From positions 597,468-661,467 of the forward strand of contig BPGG01000001.1 in the NCBI GenBank assembly GCA_026002915.1: a stretch of DNA of 64,000 nucleotides, written 5' to 3'. The notes beneath the pieces were generated by a model that saw only the letters and a list, made by a program, of their open reading frames with translations, ran no database searches and was not told the origin of the DNA. Positions 26,223 to 35,311 of this stretch are shown here, piece after piece (positions within the stretch are counted from its first letter, which is position 1; each line of letters starts with the position of its first letter). The translations under genes and the position numbers were made by a program. This stretch comes from Acidimicrobiales bacterium (GTDB lineage: Bacteria; Actinomycetota; Acidimicrobiia; Acidimicrobiales; BPGG01).

Positions 26223-27368
26223 TCAGCTTTCCGTCTCCATCAGGTGCCTCGGTGAGCCGGTGAGCACCTCTGCACCGTCTGCACGGACGGCGACGATGTC
26301 CTCGAGCCTGAGACCCCACTCGCCCTCGAAGTAGACCCCCGGCTCGACGGAGAAGACGTTTCCCACCTCGAGCTCTTCCTCGTTGTCGGCGACTATGTAG
26401 GGATGTTCGTGTACCGCCACGCCGATGCCGTGTCCGGTTCGATGGACGAAATGACTCGCCAGCCCTTCTCCCTCCAAGACCTTTCTCGCAGCGCGGTCCA
26501 CTGCACAGGCGGCGACACCCTTCGCGGCGACGCCCACGGCAGCTGCGTTCGCCATCTGGAGCCGTCTCCAGACGTGGAGCACCTCGTCCGGGACGGTACC
26601 GGTGACCAGGCACCTCGTCACATCCGAACACCACGGGACGCCGTGCTCGTCGCGCACGAAACCCCCGAAATCGCACAAGACGACTTCTCCCCTGCCGATG
26701 GTGCGATCCCCGGGCTCGTGGTGAGGACTCGCGGAATTCGGTCCGGACGCCACTATCACGAACGAGGCACGCTCGTGCCCCGCCGCCACGAGCCTCTCGG
26801 CTATCTCGCGAGCGACATCGGCCTCCCTCCGACCGACGAGCCGTACCTCCCCGCTCCCGAGCGCGGCCACCACCTCGTCGGCAGCCCGAGCAGCCCGGCG
26901 GAGCCACTCGATCTCGGCCGGTTCCTTCCTCGCCCGCAGAGGGCCGGTGAGCCTGGACGCGGGGATCCATGTGGCCGAACTCCAGCGGCTCATCAACTCC
27001 AGTAGGAACCTCGCCCACATCTCGTCGCCCGCGGCGACCGTGGACGGCCGGTGAACGAGCGACGCGACCAAGTCGAACGGATCGTCGACCTCTTGCCACA
27101 CGGCCACCTCGACCGCCGGGGTACGCAACCGCACTCTCGCAGCTTCCAGCCGAGGCACGACCAACGTCGCGACTTCCCTGTCGGACGGCACCACGAGCGC
27201 CGTCATCCGCTCCAGCGGCATTGCCTCGTAACCGCAGAGCCAGACCAGGTCGGCCCCTGCAGTCACGACCGTCACGTCCACACCCGCCCGTGACATGGCT
27301 TCGCGGAGCTTCTCGAGCCGCAGCGCAAAAGGGTCCGAGCCCGAGGCCGCCTCAGGCGAAAGCGTCAT
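26223..27368 (-). CDS. M24-family Xaa-Pro aminopeptidase/dipeptidase
   Basis: 381-aa ORF with a creatinase-like N-terminal domain. M24 metal-ligand blocks are present: VLCDFGG, HRTGHGIGVAVHE, SVEPGVY. Confidence 0.85.
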   Translation of the reverse strand: MTLSPEAASGSDPFALRLEKLREAMSRAGVDVTVVTAGADLVWLCGYEAMPLERMTALVVPSDREVATLVVPRLEAARVRLRTPAVEVAVWQEVDDPFDLVASLVHRPSTVAAGDEMWARFLLELMSRWSSATWIPASRLTGPLRARKEPAEIEWLRRAARAADEVVAALGSGEVRLVGRREADVAREIAERLVAAGHERASFVIVASGPNSASPHHEPGDRTIGRGEVVLCDFGGFVRDEHGVPWCSDVTRCLVTGTVPDEVLHVWRRLQMANAAAVGVAAKGVAACAVDRAARKVLEGEGLASHFVHRTGHGIGVAVHEHPYIVADNEEELEVGNVFSVEPGVYFEGEWGLRLEDIVAVRADGAEVLTGSPRHLMETES

Positions 27369-29079
27369 TCACATCCGCCTCGACCGCACGTACAGCCCTC
27401 GCCGCAACGACACCCACACTCTCTGCCGCCCGTTCGGCATGGAAGCTCGACCGCACCAGGGGGCCCGCCTCGACGTGCGGGATACCCAAGTCCTCACCCG
27501 CTCTCCGCAGCTCGTCGAACTCCTCCGGGGTCCACCAACGCCGGACGGGAAGGTGGCGCCGGGACGGTCTCAGGTACTGACCCACCGTGACGATGCCGAC
27601 GCCCACGCTGCGCAGATCCGCCATCGTCGCGACCACCTCGTCGAAGGTCTCCCCGAGTCCGACCATCAACCCGGACTTGGTGACCAGGCCCCGCTCGGCG
27701 CACCTCGCCAGCAGTGCCAGCGACCGGGCGTAGTCCGCCGAGGGCCGCACGGCCCGCTGGAGGCGTGGGACGCATTCGACGTTGTGGTTCACCACGTCCG
27801 GGGCCGCGTCCAGGACCGTTGCCAACGCCCGCCGGTCGCCTCGGAAGTCGGGGATCAGGACTTCCACACGAGCACCGGGGAGAGCCGAGCGCACCGCCGC
27901 GATGCACGCGGCGAAACCGGACGCACCCCCGTCTGCCAGGTCGTCACGAGCCGGTGAGGTCAGCACCACGTACTCCAGCCCGAGCTGCCGCGCCGCCTCG
28001 GCGACCCGCCCGGGCTCTGCAGGGTCGAGTGGGAGGGGCTTGCGCGTGTCGACCAGACAGAAGCCGCACGCCCGCGTACATCGGTCGCCGTTGATCAGGA
28101 AAGTGGCAGTGCCGGCCGCCCAGCATTCCGAACGGTTGGGGCACCCCGCCTCCTCGCACACGGTGTGCAGCGACCGCGCAGCCAGAGTCGACGCGACGCG
28201 GTTGAACTCTCCACGAGTGGTCCAGCGCACCTTGAGCCATTCGGGTTTCCGCTCCCCGAAGGCCATACCGGCCCCTACTCCCGCCTCGCCCATCCGAGCC
28301 TCCAGCAACCGCGGGCCTCCGTCCCCGAGACTCGACCCCGACGCCGATACATCGGCCCGAACGGCCAGGCGCCGGGCCCGCACCGCCAACTGCGAAGGCC
28401 AGGACACGCCGGTGAAATCCCAGGCCCTCCCTCCCGCCCACAACGAGGCGGCCTCGTCGCGGACGACTTCGACGACCGTGGACATCGGGACGTCGAACCC
28501 CTCCCGCGTGAGTGACGTCACCTCGACGTCGCGGAGTCCGCATGGCACTATGCGATCGAACCAGCTGAGGTCGGGGTCGACGTTGAGGGCGAAACCGTGC
28601 ATCGAGCGTCCCCTCGCCAGCTTCACGCCAACCGAAGCGATCTTGCGTGGACGGGGACTCGCGGGCGACACCCAAACACCCGGACGGCCGCGCATACGGC
28701 CGCAGTCCACCAGGCCGATTCGCCGGAGCGTCCTGATCACCAGCTCCTCGACCGACGACACGAACGCGACGGTGTCGGCCATGCCGCCGCCCCGCTTCCC
28801 CGGCACGCTCAGAATCGGGTATCCGACCAGCTGGCCCGGCCCGTGGTAGGTGACGTCACCACCCCTGTCGACCCTGTGGCAGGCCGCCCCGACCGTGTCC
28901 GGATCGACGAGTATGTGATCGTCGCGTCCCCTGACGCCGAGTGTGAACGTGTGCGGGTGTTCCAGCAGGAGCAGGTGATCGTCCGGAGACCTCGCAAACA
29001 GCGCCCTCTGGAGGTCGAGTGCCTCCTCGTACTCGACCCTGCCGAGCCACCGGATACGCAGGGGCCTGGAGCTCACCAC
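27352..29079 (-). CDS. lipB-lipA: Octanoyltransferase LipB and lipoyl synthase LipA encoded as one continuous 575-aa ORF
   Basis: Residues ~1-230 match LipB (RGGDVTYHGPGQLVGYPI, KIASVGVKL, VPCG). Residues ~270-575 match LipA (CEEAGCPNRSEC, CTRACGFC, radical SAM). There is no stop codon in frame between the two parts. Confidence 0.8.
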   Translation of the reverse strand: MVSSRPLRIRWLGRVEYEEALDLQRALFARSPDDHLLLLEHPHTFTLGVRGRDDHILVDPDTVGAACHRVDRGGDVTYHGPGQLVGYPILSVPGKRGGGMADTVAFVSSVEELVIRTLRRIGLVDCGRMRGRPGVWVSPASPRPRKIASVGVKLARGRSMHGFALNVDPDLSWFDRIVPCGLRDVEVTSLTREGFDVPMSTVVEVVRDEAASLWAGGRAWDFTGVSWPSQLAVRARRLAVRADVSASGSSLGDGGPRLLEARMGEAGVGAGMAFGERKPEWLKVRWTTRGEFNRVASTLAARSLHTVCEEAGCPNRSECWAAGTATFLINGDRCTRACGFCLVDTRKPLPLDPAEPGRVAEAARQLGLEYVVLTSPARDDLADGGASGFAACIAAVRSALPGARVEVLIPDFRGDRRALATVLDAAPDVVNHNVECVPRLQRAVRPSADYARSLALLARCAERGLVTKSGLMVGLGETFDEVVATMADLRSVGVGIVTVGQYLRPSRRHLPVRRWWTPEEFDELRRAGEDLGIPHVEAGPLVRSSFHAERAAESVGVVAARAVRAVEADVNDAFA

Positions 29080-30467
29080 AGCTCACCTTCCCAGTCACGT
29101 CCCTCCAAGATCTCACGCACACGAGCCAAGAAGGCGGCCGAGTACGCGCCGTCGAACGCACGGTGATCCCAGCTCATGGTGAGCAGTCCCACCGAACGGA
29201 TCGCCACGGCCTCCGTGCCGTCGTCGGCGGTGACCACCACCGGCTTGCGGCCGACGCCGTCCGTGGAGAGGATCGCCACCTGCGGCTGGTCGATGATCGG
29301 GATGATCATGTGCGTGCCGTACGAACCGGCGTTGGTGATGGTGAAAGTCCCGCCGGTGATGTCGTCGACACTCAACTTCCGCTCCCTGGCACGCCGAGCG
29401 AGATCGTGGATGGACCTGGCTATGGCCGCCAACCTCATGTCCTGGGCGTCACGTATGACCGGCGCCACGAGTCCCTCGAAGTCGAGATCGACCGCAACGG
29501 CCAGGTTCACGTAGTCGTAGACGACCAGCTCGCCCTCTGCGACGGTCGCGTTGACGTGCGGGAAGTCCGCCAGAGCGTCTATCACGGCTCGTGCCACGAA
29601 GGGGAGGTAGGTGAGCGGCACGCCTTCCCTGGCCCGGAACTCGTCCTTGTGCGCTCGCCGCACACGCTCGACGGCTTCGTAATCCACCTCGACGGAAGTC
29701 ACGGCGTGAGGCGCCACGGTCCACGATGCGCTCATCCGTTCGCCGGTGAGACGACGGATCCTCGACATGGGGACACGCCTCGTGCGGCTCGCCTCTCCCG
29801 GAGCGGCGACGGCCTCCTCGGCCATGCGCAACGGGCGAGAGGAACGCGCATCCGCCGCCTGGAGCGCCCGAGCCTCGCCGGTCCGCGCCGTAGCCGCCCG
29901 GCTCGTCGTCCTCGGAGGCGGCGACGACCTGGCTACTCTCTCGACGTCTGCTCGTGTTATCCGGCCACCGGGGCCGGAACCCCGCACCGTAGAGAGGTCT
30001 ATGCCGTACTCTCGGGCGATTCGCCTCACCAACGGGGAGGCGAGCAAGTCACGAGCAGGGGGTCGGGACTCGGAGAGGACCGTGGGCTCCGTAGTGGTCG
30101 AAGGCTCGACGGGCACGTGCGATGCTTCCGGCGCTGTTTCTCCCGCCTGCGTATCGGGTTCGTCTGCTGCCCGCGCGGGCGCGTCTTCGTCTCTCACGGG
30201 TTCGTCTCTCACCGGTTGGCCCGCATCGGGCGCCCTCTCGTCGATCACAGCCAGGCGGGTCCCCACCGGCACGGTCTCTCCCTCGGCGACCAGGATCTCG
30301 ACCAGCACACCCGAGGAGGGGGCCGGCACCTCGGTGTCGACCTTGTCGGTGGAGACCTCGAAGAGGGTCTCGTCCCGTTCCACCCTCTCGCCGGGCTGCT
30401 TCAGCCACTTGGTGATCGTCCCCTCGGTGACGGTCTCGCCCAACTTCGGCATCACCACGTCCGTCAT
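29073..30467 (-). CDS. Dihydrolipoamide acyltransferase, E2 component of a 2-oxoacid dehydrogenase complex
   Basis: 464-aa ORF. One lipoyl domain (EVSTDKVDTEVPAP), a peripheral subunit-binding domain (ASPLVRRIAREYGIDLSTVRGSGPGGRI), and a catalytic domain with SWDHRAFDG. Confidence 0.9.
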   Translation of the reverse strand: MTDVVMPKLGETVTEGTITKWLKQPGERVERDETLFEVSTDKVDTEVPAPSSGVLVEILVAEGETVPVGTRLAVIDERAPDAGQPVRDEPVRDEDAPARAADEPDTQAGETAPEASHVPVEPSTTTEPTVLSESRPPARDLLASPLVRRIAREYGIDLSTVRGSGPGGRITRADVERVARSSPPPRTTSRAATARTGEARALQAADARSSRPLRMAEEAVAAPGEASRTRRVPMSRIRRLTGERMSASWTVAPHAVTSVEVDYEAVERVRRAHKDEFRAREGVPLTYLPFVARAVIDALADFPHVNATVAEGELVVYDYVNLAVAVDLDFEGLVAPVIRDAQDMRLAAIARSIHDLARRARERKLSVDDITGGTFTITNAGSYGTHMIIPIIDQPQVAILSTDGVGRKPVVVTADDGTEAVAIRSVGLLTMSWDHRAFDGAYSAAFLARVREILEGRDWEGELW

Positions 30468-30525
30468 CTCCCGAACCCCCCTGTGGGAATACCCGCGCCC
30501 GACGCGAGGCGTTCTGTGCCCGACC

Positions 30526-31922
30526 TCAATGCAGGCGCCTCCCAGTCAGGGCGATCGCAGCCTCTCCGAAGACCTCCCCCAGCGTGGGGTGAGGTTGTAT
30601 CAGGGCTGAGAGGTCTGCCGCCGACGCCTCCCAGTTCACGGACAGGTACGGCCCGCTCAGCTGCTCGGTGACCCACGGACCCACCATGTGCACCCCCATC
30701 AGGACGGGACTCGCGTCTTCCTCCACACGAGCCACGAGCTTCACGAGGCCTTCGGGCTCGCCGATGATGAGGGCCCTCCCGTTCCCCGCATAACGCTGCG
30801 TCACGGTGGTGACCCGAATCCCCCTCTCGAGGGCCTGCCGCTCGTTCAGGCCCACGAAGGCCAGCTCGGGATGTGTGTAGATGCACCAGGGCACGCGGTC
30901 GTAGTCGAGAGGGGTCGGTTCTTCTCCCATGGCGTCTCTCACTGCCACGATCCCCTCTGCGAAGGCGACGTGCGCCAACTGTGGCGAAGCCACGGCGTCT
31001 CCCACGGCCCACGTGCCGGGACGGGTCGTTCGACATCGTCCGTCCACCCTGATGAAGCCTCGCTCGTCGAGCTCGACGCCGCTTCCCGCGAGATCAAGGG
31101 TCTCGGTGCGTGGACGTCTTCCGACGGCGACCACTGCCAGGCCGGCGACACATCGCCCACCCTCCTGCCATTCGACGGTCACCGACGAGCGGTCTCGCGC
31201 CACGTCGGAGATCTTCACGCCGCTGTGGATCTCGACGCCGCGCCTACGCAGGGAGCGTTCGAGGATTCGTACGAGGTCGTCGTCGATGCCGGGGAGGATC
31301 CGCTCCGTGGCTTCGAGGATCACCACCTCGACACCCAGGTCGCACAACGCGGATGCGAACTCACACCCGATCACTCCTCCACCCACCACAAGGACGCGAT
31401 CGGGATATTCCTCGAGATCGAAGAACTCGTCCGAAGTGACGACGACCCGACCGTCCGGCTCCAGTCCCTCCAGGCTCCGCGGCACCGACCCCGGCGCCAG
31501 GACCACGGAATCGCCGGACAAGAGAACCGTCTCCTCACCCGTTTCCACCGCTACCCTCGCCCGAGGCGAGGAGGCGTCCCCGACCGCCGAGCACTTCGAC
31601 CTTGCGTCCTCTCAGCAGACGAGACAGGCCCTCGAACAGCTTTCCTGTGACCGCTCGTCTCGACCGGGAGGCGACCGACGCGTCGAACCCGACCGGACCC
31701 GTCGTCACGCCGAATTCCGCGACGCTGCGGACATGCCTGACTGCCGCCGCCGTCTCCAAGAGGTGCTTGGCGGGAATGCAACCCACGTGCAGACACGTCC
31801 CTCCGACCTTGGACATCTCCACCAAGGCCACCCGCAAACCCGCGGATGCTCCATACAACGCTGCCGCGTATCCACCCGGCCCCCCACCCACGACCAGCAG
31901 ATCGAAACGCCCATCCGGCACG
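30526..31922 (-). pseudogene. lpd: Dihydrolipoyl dehydrogenase (E3) split by a +1 frameshift near 31545-31552 (pseudogene or indel error)
   Basis: The N-terminal part is in ORF 31535-32050; true start is GTG 31922 after AAGGAGG (VPDGRFDLLVVGGGPGGY, CLHVGCIPAK). The C-terminal part is in ORF 30526-31548 (VVGGGVIGCEFAS, PHPTLGE). The two frames join as ...LLASGEGS/VETGEETVLLSGD. Confidence 0.85.
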
Positions 31923-32015
31923 GGTTCCTCCTTGCCGCTCCGCAGCGCGAGCCTACAGGCGCTCTGTCGGCCGCTCAGCCGAGCCCGGCCAGGCCCCTCG
32001 CCGACGGCGCCTTCA

Positions 32016-33350
32016 TCACGGGAGGTACCTGAGGGGGTCGACGGCCACACCCCACTCCCTCGTCTCGAAGTGGACGTGGGGGCCGGTGCAGGTTCCGGTG
32101 CAGCCGACGAGACCGATCACTTCCCCCTTCGACACCCTGGCTCCCTCAGGAACGAGTATCTCGCTCTGATGGGCGTAGAGGGTCGACAGCCCGCCCGAAT
32201 GAGCGACGACGACCAGTTGGCCGTAGCCGCCCATCCACCCGGCGAAGATCACCTCGCCGGACTCCGAGGCCCTGATGGGCGTACCCGTGGGAGCGGCGAT
32301 GTCGATCCCGTTGTGCATCCGCCCCCATCTCCAACCGAAGCGGGAGGTGACCACGCCGTTCACCGGCCAGATCAGAGACAGCCCGGGAATCGTCGTAGCC
32401 GGAGCCGTGGTAGGTGTCGCCGTCGTAGTGGTGGTCTCGCGCGGCCTCGAGGTGACGCTCGTGGGCGCAGTGGTCGGTGGTGAGCCGCCACCAGATCCAC
32501 CCGAATCACGTGTCGTCGTCGGCTGCGTGGGAGTCGTGGTGGATCCTCCCGACCTGCTGCCGGGAGGCCTCACGCTCGTGGCGGGGCCTCCCGCTCCACG
32601 GGGCGGAGGCCCCTGTCTACTCCTTATCAGGGAGACGAGGTCGGCCTCGTGCGCAGCGAGGGCGTCGACCTCCTCCTCGTACTGGCGGATCCTGGCGGCG
32701 AGCACGGAGCGAACCTCGTTCTCCTCGTCGCGCGTCGCACGCAGGTCCGCGAGCCTCTCGCTCGCCTCGCGCTCGGCCGACCGCAACCTTTCCTCGGCTT
32801 CCTGGACCGCGGCCAGGTCGCGCCGCCGTTCGGCCGCGACCCTGGTGAGCGTCTCGACCACCTGTCTGTCCTTGCGGGCGACCCGACCCAGCAAGACCTT
32901 CGCTGCCGTCGCCTCGCGAAGATCCGACGAACCCAGAACCTCGGCCAGGAAGCTCGACCCGGTGCGCATGTATGCGGCGACCGCGTGGCGACGGGCGCGG
33001 CGCCGCTCCTGTCGTAGACGCTCCTCGGAGGCTTCCAACCTCGCTCTCAGTCGACTCAGCTCGACGCGGGCGGCCGCGAGCTCGGCGCGTGCGCCGTCGA
33101 CCTTGGCCTGCTGGGCCCTGATCGACTTCTCCAACGAAGCCAACTTCGCCTCGAGCTGGGCGTCGCTGGCGTGCAGCAACGCCAACTCTGCACTCAGCTC
33201 CTTTCTCCGCTGCCTGGTGCGCTGCAGCTCACTCGTCGGATCTTCCGCGCCCCGCGCTCTCACCGGCGCAGGCACGAAGACAGCCGACAAGACCACCACG
33301 GCGGCGGAGAGCACCGAAGTTGGGCGTCGCAGTCTCAGTAGTCGCCTCAT
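32016..33350 (-). CDS. Secreted M23 metallopeptidase with an N-terminal coiled coil (EnvC-like architecture)
   Basis: 444-aa ORF. Signal peptide, a long heptad-like A/E/R/L-rich region, a T/P/S-rich linker and an M23 core (HNGIDIAAPTGTPI, GPHVHFE). Confidence 0.85.
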   Translation of the reverse strand: MRRLLRLRRPTSVLSAAVVVLSAVFVPAPVRARGAEDPTSELQRTRQRRKELSAELALLHASDAQLEAKLASLEKSIRAQQAKVDGARAELAAARVELSRLRARLEASEERLRQERRRARRHAVAAYMRTGSSFLAEVLGSSDLREATAAKVLLGRVARKDRQVVETLTRVAAERRRDLAAVQEAEERLRSAEREASERLADLRATRDEENEVRSVLAARIRQYEEEVDALAAHEADLVSLIRSRQGPPPRGAGGPATSVRPPGSRSGGSTTTPTQPTTTRDSGGSGGGSPPTTAPTSVTSRPRETTTTTATPTTAPATTIPGLSLIWPVNGVVTSRFGWRWGRMHNGIDIAAPTGTPIRASESGEVIFAGWMGGYGQLVVVAHSGGLSTLYAHQSEILVPEGARVSKGEVIGLVGCTGTCTGPHVHFETREWGVAVDPLRYLP

Positions 33351-33584
33351 ACCTTCCTCTGCTCCGCCCGCGAATCTTCACACTAGCAGCCCTGTCAGCG
33401 CGCGATGAGCAATTGGATCGAGAAGGCCACCAGCACGGCCAACCCGCAGCAGAGCGCCAGCGCTATCAACATCCGCGTACTCACCGTCGCGAGTCTCACA
33501 GGCGCTTCGCGTCCGCTCCAACACCGGTCGCACGACGACCCGGCCCGTCGCGGCCGAGAGGACGCACGCAACTAGCATGTTGGA

Positions 33585-35309
33585 GTGCCCGAGGTGGAGG
33601 ACGGCCCGCGTGACCTGCGCGACCACATCCAGGTCCTCCGTCGGAGGAGGTTCGTCTTCTTGGCCTCCTCCGGGCTGGTCGTACTCGTCGCGATGGTGTT
33701 CACCTACCTCCAGCCTCCCGCGTACAGGTCGACCGCCGAGATCCTCTTCCCGCAAGAGACTTCTCCGATCGGTGACACCCCGACGCGCGCCGTAGACGCA
33801 GCGAGGCGCATAGCCAACGAAGTGACGCTCATCGAGAGCGCCCTAGTCGATCGCGAAGCAGACCGGGCTATCGGTCTGGACGTCGACTGTGAAGCCGATT
33901 CTGCTCGCGACGCAGACGTCATAAGGGTTCACGCGACCAGCGGCGACCCGCACCAGGCGGCTCGGATGGCGGACGCGTGCGTGGAGGCGTATCTGAGGGT
34001 CCGCGCGGCTCGTGACTTGGACCAGTACGAGCAGAGCGCCGAGGTGGCCCGCCGACGGATCGCGGAGATCGACCGGAAGCTGCAGGAACTCGAGGCCCGA
34101 AGCCGCCAGTCCGGAGAGTCCGCAGACTCGTCGGAGGTCTCCGAGCCGGGCGCTTCCGAGTCGGAAGCCGTCCCGGCAGCCACGGAGGAAGAGATCTCCC
34201 GCCTTTCGTCCGAGCGCATCGTGTGGGTGGAGCGCCTGGCCCAGATCGAGGCTGCGGGTGATCTCGCCCGTATATCGGGACCTCGGGTGATCGACGAGGC
34301 CCGCGTCCCCACGAGTCCCATTCGCCCGCGTCCGCTGCGAAACGGAATCCTCGCCGCGCTGGTGGGCCTCGCCTTCGGTACGGCGGTCGCGTTCCTGGTC
34401 GACTTCCTCGACGACTCCGTGAAGTCGACCGAAGACGCGCACAGGGCCACCGCAGGCCTGCCGGTCCTGGCGCTCGTACCGCGAGTTGCGACGTGGCGCG
34501 GCCGAGAAGCACAGGCACCGGCCACGCTGGCACAACCGTCCTCTCCCGCTGCCGAGGCCTACCGATCACTGAAGACCGCCATCCAGTTCAAGACCCTGGA
34601 CGCGCCTCCGAAGGTGCTCGTGGTGACGAGCCCCGGCTCCGGCGACGGCAAGTCCACGGCGGTGGCGAACCTCGCAGTGGCGGCCGCTCGCTCCGGCATG
34701 CGCGTCGTCGCGGTCTCCTGTGATCTGCGTCGGCCGCGACTGCACGAACATTTCCACATCTCGAACCACCTCGGCTTCACGTCGGTGCTCGCCGGAGAGG
34801 CTTCCCTGTCCGCCGTCGTCCACCGGGTGCCGGAAGTGGAGGATCTGCTCGTGCTACCCTCCGGACCCCCCGCTCCGAATCCGGCAGAGCTGCTCCAGAC
34901 CGCGCGTGCACGCGAGGTGTTCAGGATCCTGAGAGAAGAAGCGGATCTCACCATCGTCGACACCCCACCCGTCATCCCCGTGACCGACAGTCTCGTCCTC
35001 TCCGAGATCGCCGACGCCATCCTCCTCGTCGTGCGAGCGGGCTCGACCGGACGCAGGGCGACCCACAGGGCCGTCGAGATGCTCGCGGCGACCCGCGCCC
35101 GGCTGGTGGGCATCGTGTTCAACGACGTCTCGGAGACCGACGGTTACGGCTACGCGTACGGCGCGGAAAACGCATACGTAAGGGAAGACATGAGTTCGGA
35201 AGGACTGCTCAGGTCCTTGTTCGCGAAAACGTCACGCCGTGACGCCGACTCCGCCAACCTCGCGGACCCCGATCCGCGGGAATCCACGCAGGAGACGGTG
35301 GAGGCATAG
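33585..35309 (+). CDS. Polysaccharide co-polymerase (Wzz domain) fused to a BY-type tyrosine autokinase
   Basis: 574-aa ORF. N-terminal TM + Wzz-like coiled region, second TM, then Walker A SPGSGDGKST, A' VSCDLRRP, Walker B LTIVDTPP and a C-terminal Tyr cluster (DGYGYAYGAENAY). Confidence 0.85.
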   Translation: MPEVEDGPRDLRDHIQVLRRRRFVFLASSGLVVLVAMVFTYLQPPAYRSTAEILFPQETSPIGDTPTRAVDAARRIANEVTLIESALVDREADRAIGLDVDCEADSARDADVIRVHATSGDPHQAARMADACVEAYLRVRAARDLDQYEQSAEVARRRIAEIDRKLQELEARSRQSGESADSSEVSEPGASESEAVPAATEEEISRLSSERIVWVERLAQIEAAGDLARISGPRVIDEARVPTSPIRPRPLRNGILAALVGLAFGTAVAFLVDFLDDSVKSTEDAHRATAGLPVLALVPRVATWRGREAQAPATLAQPSSPAAEAYRSLKTAIQFKTLDAPPKVLVVTSPGSGDGKSTAVANLAVAAARSGMRVVAVSCDLRRPRLHEHFHISNHLGFTSVLAGEASLSAVVHRVPEVEDLLVLPSGPPAPNPAELLQTARAREVFRILREEADLTIVDTPPVIPVTDSLVLSEIADAILLVVRAGSTGRRATHRAVEMLAATRARLVGIVFNDVSETDGYGYAYGAENAYVREDMSSEGLLRSLFAKTSRRDADSANLADPDPRESTQETVEA

Positions 35310-35311
35310 CG

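Noticed and set aside
30526-32050. Treating ORFs 31535-32050 and 30526-31548 as two separate genes, or as programmed frameshifting
   Set aside because: Together they form one colinear Lpd sequence. I saw no slippery site or stimulatory structure at the junction, so a simple indel is the parsimonious reading.
29019-33408. Plus-strand ORFs 29019-30671, 30688-31650, 30929-32032 and 32275-33408
   Set aside because: All are antisense to E2, lpd and the M23 peptidase, which have unmistakable catalytic motifs on the minus strand.
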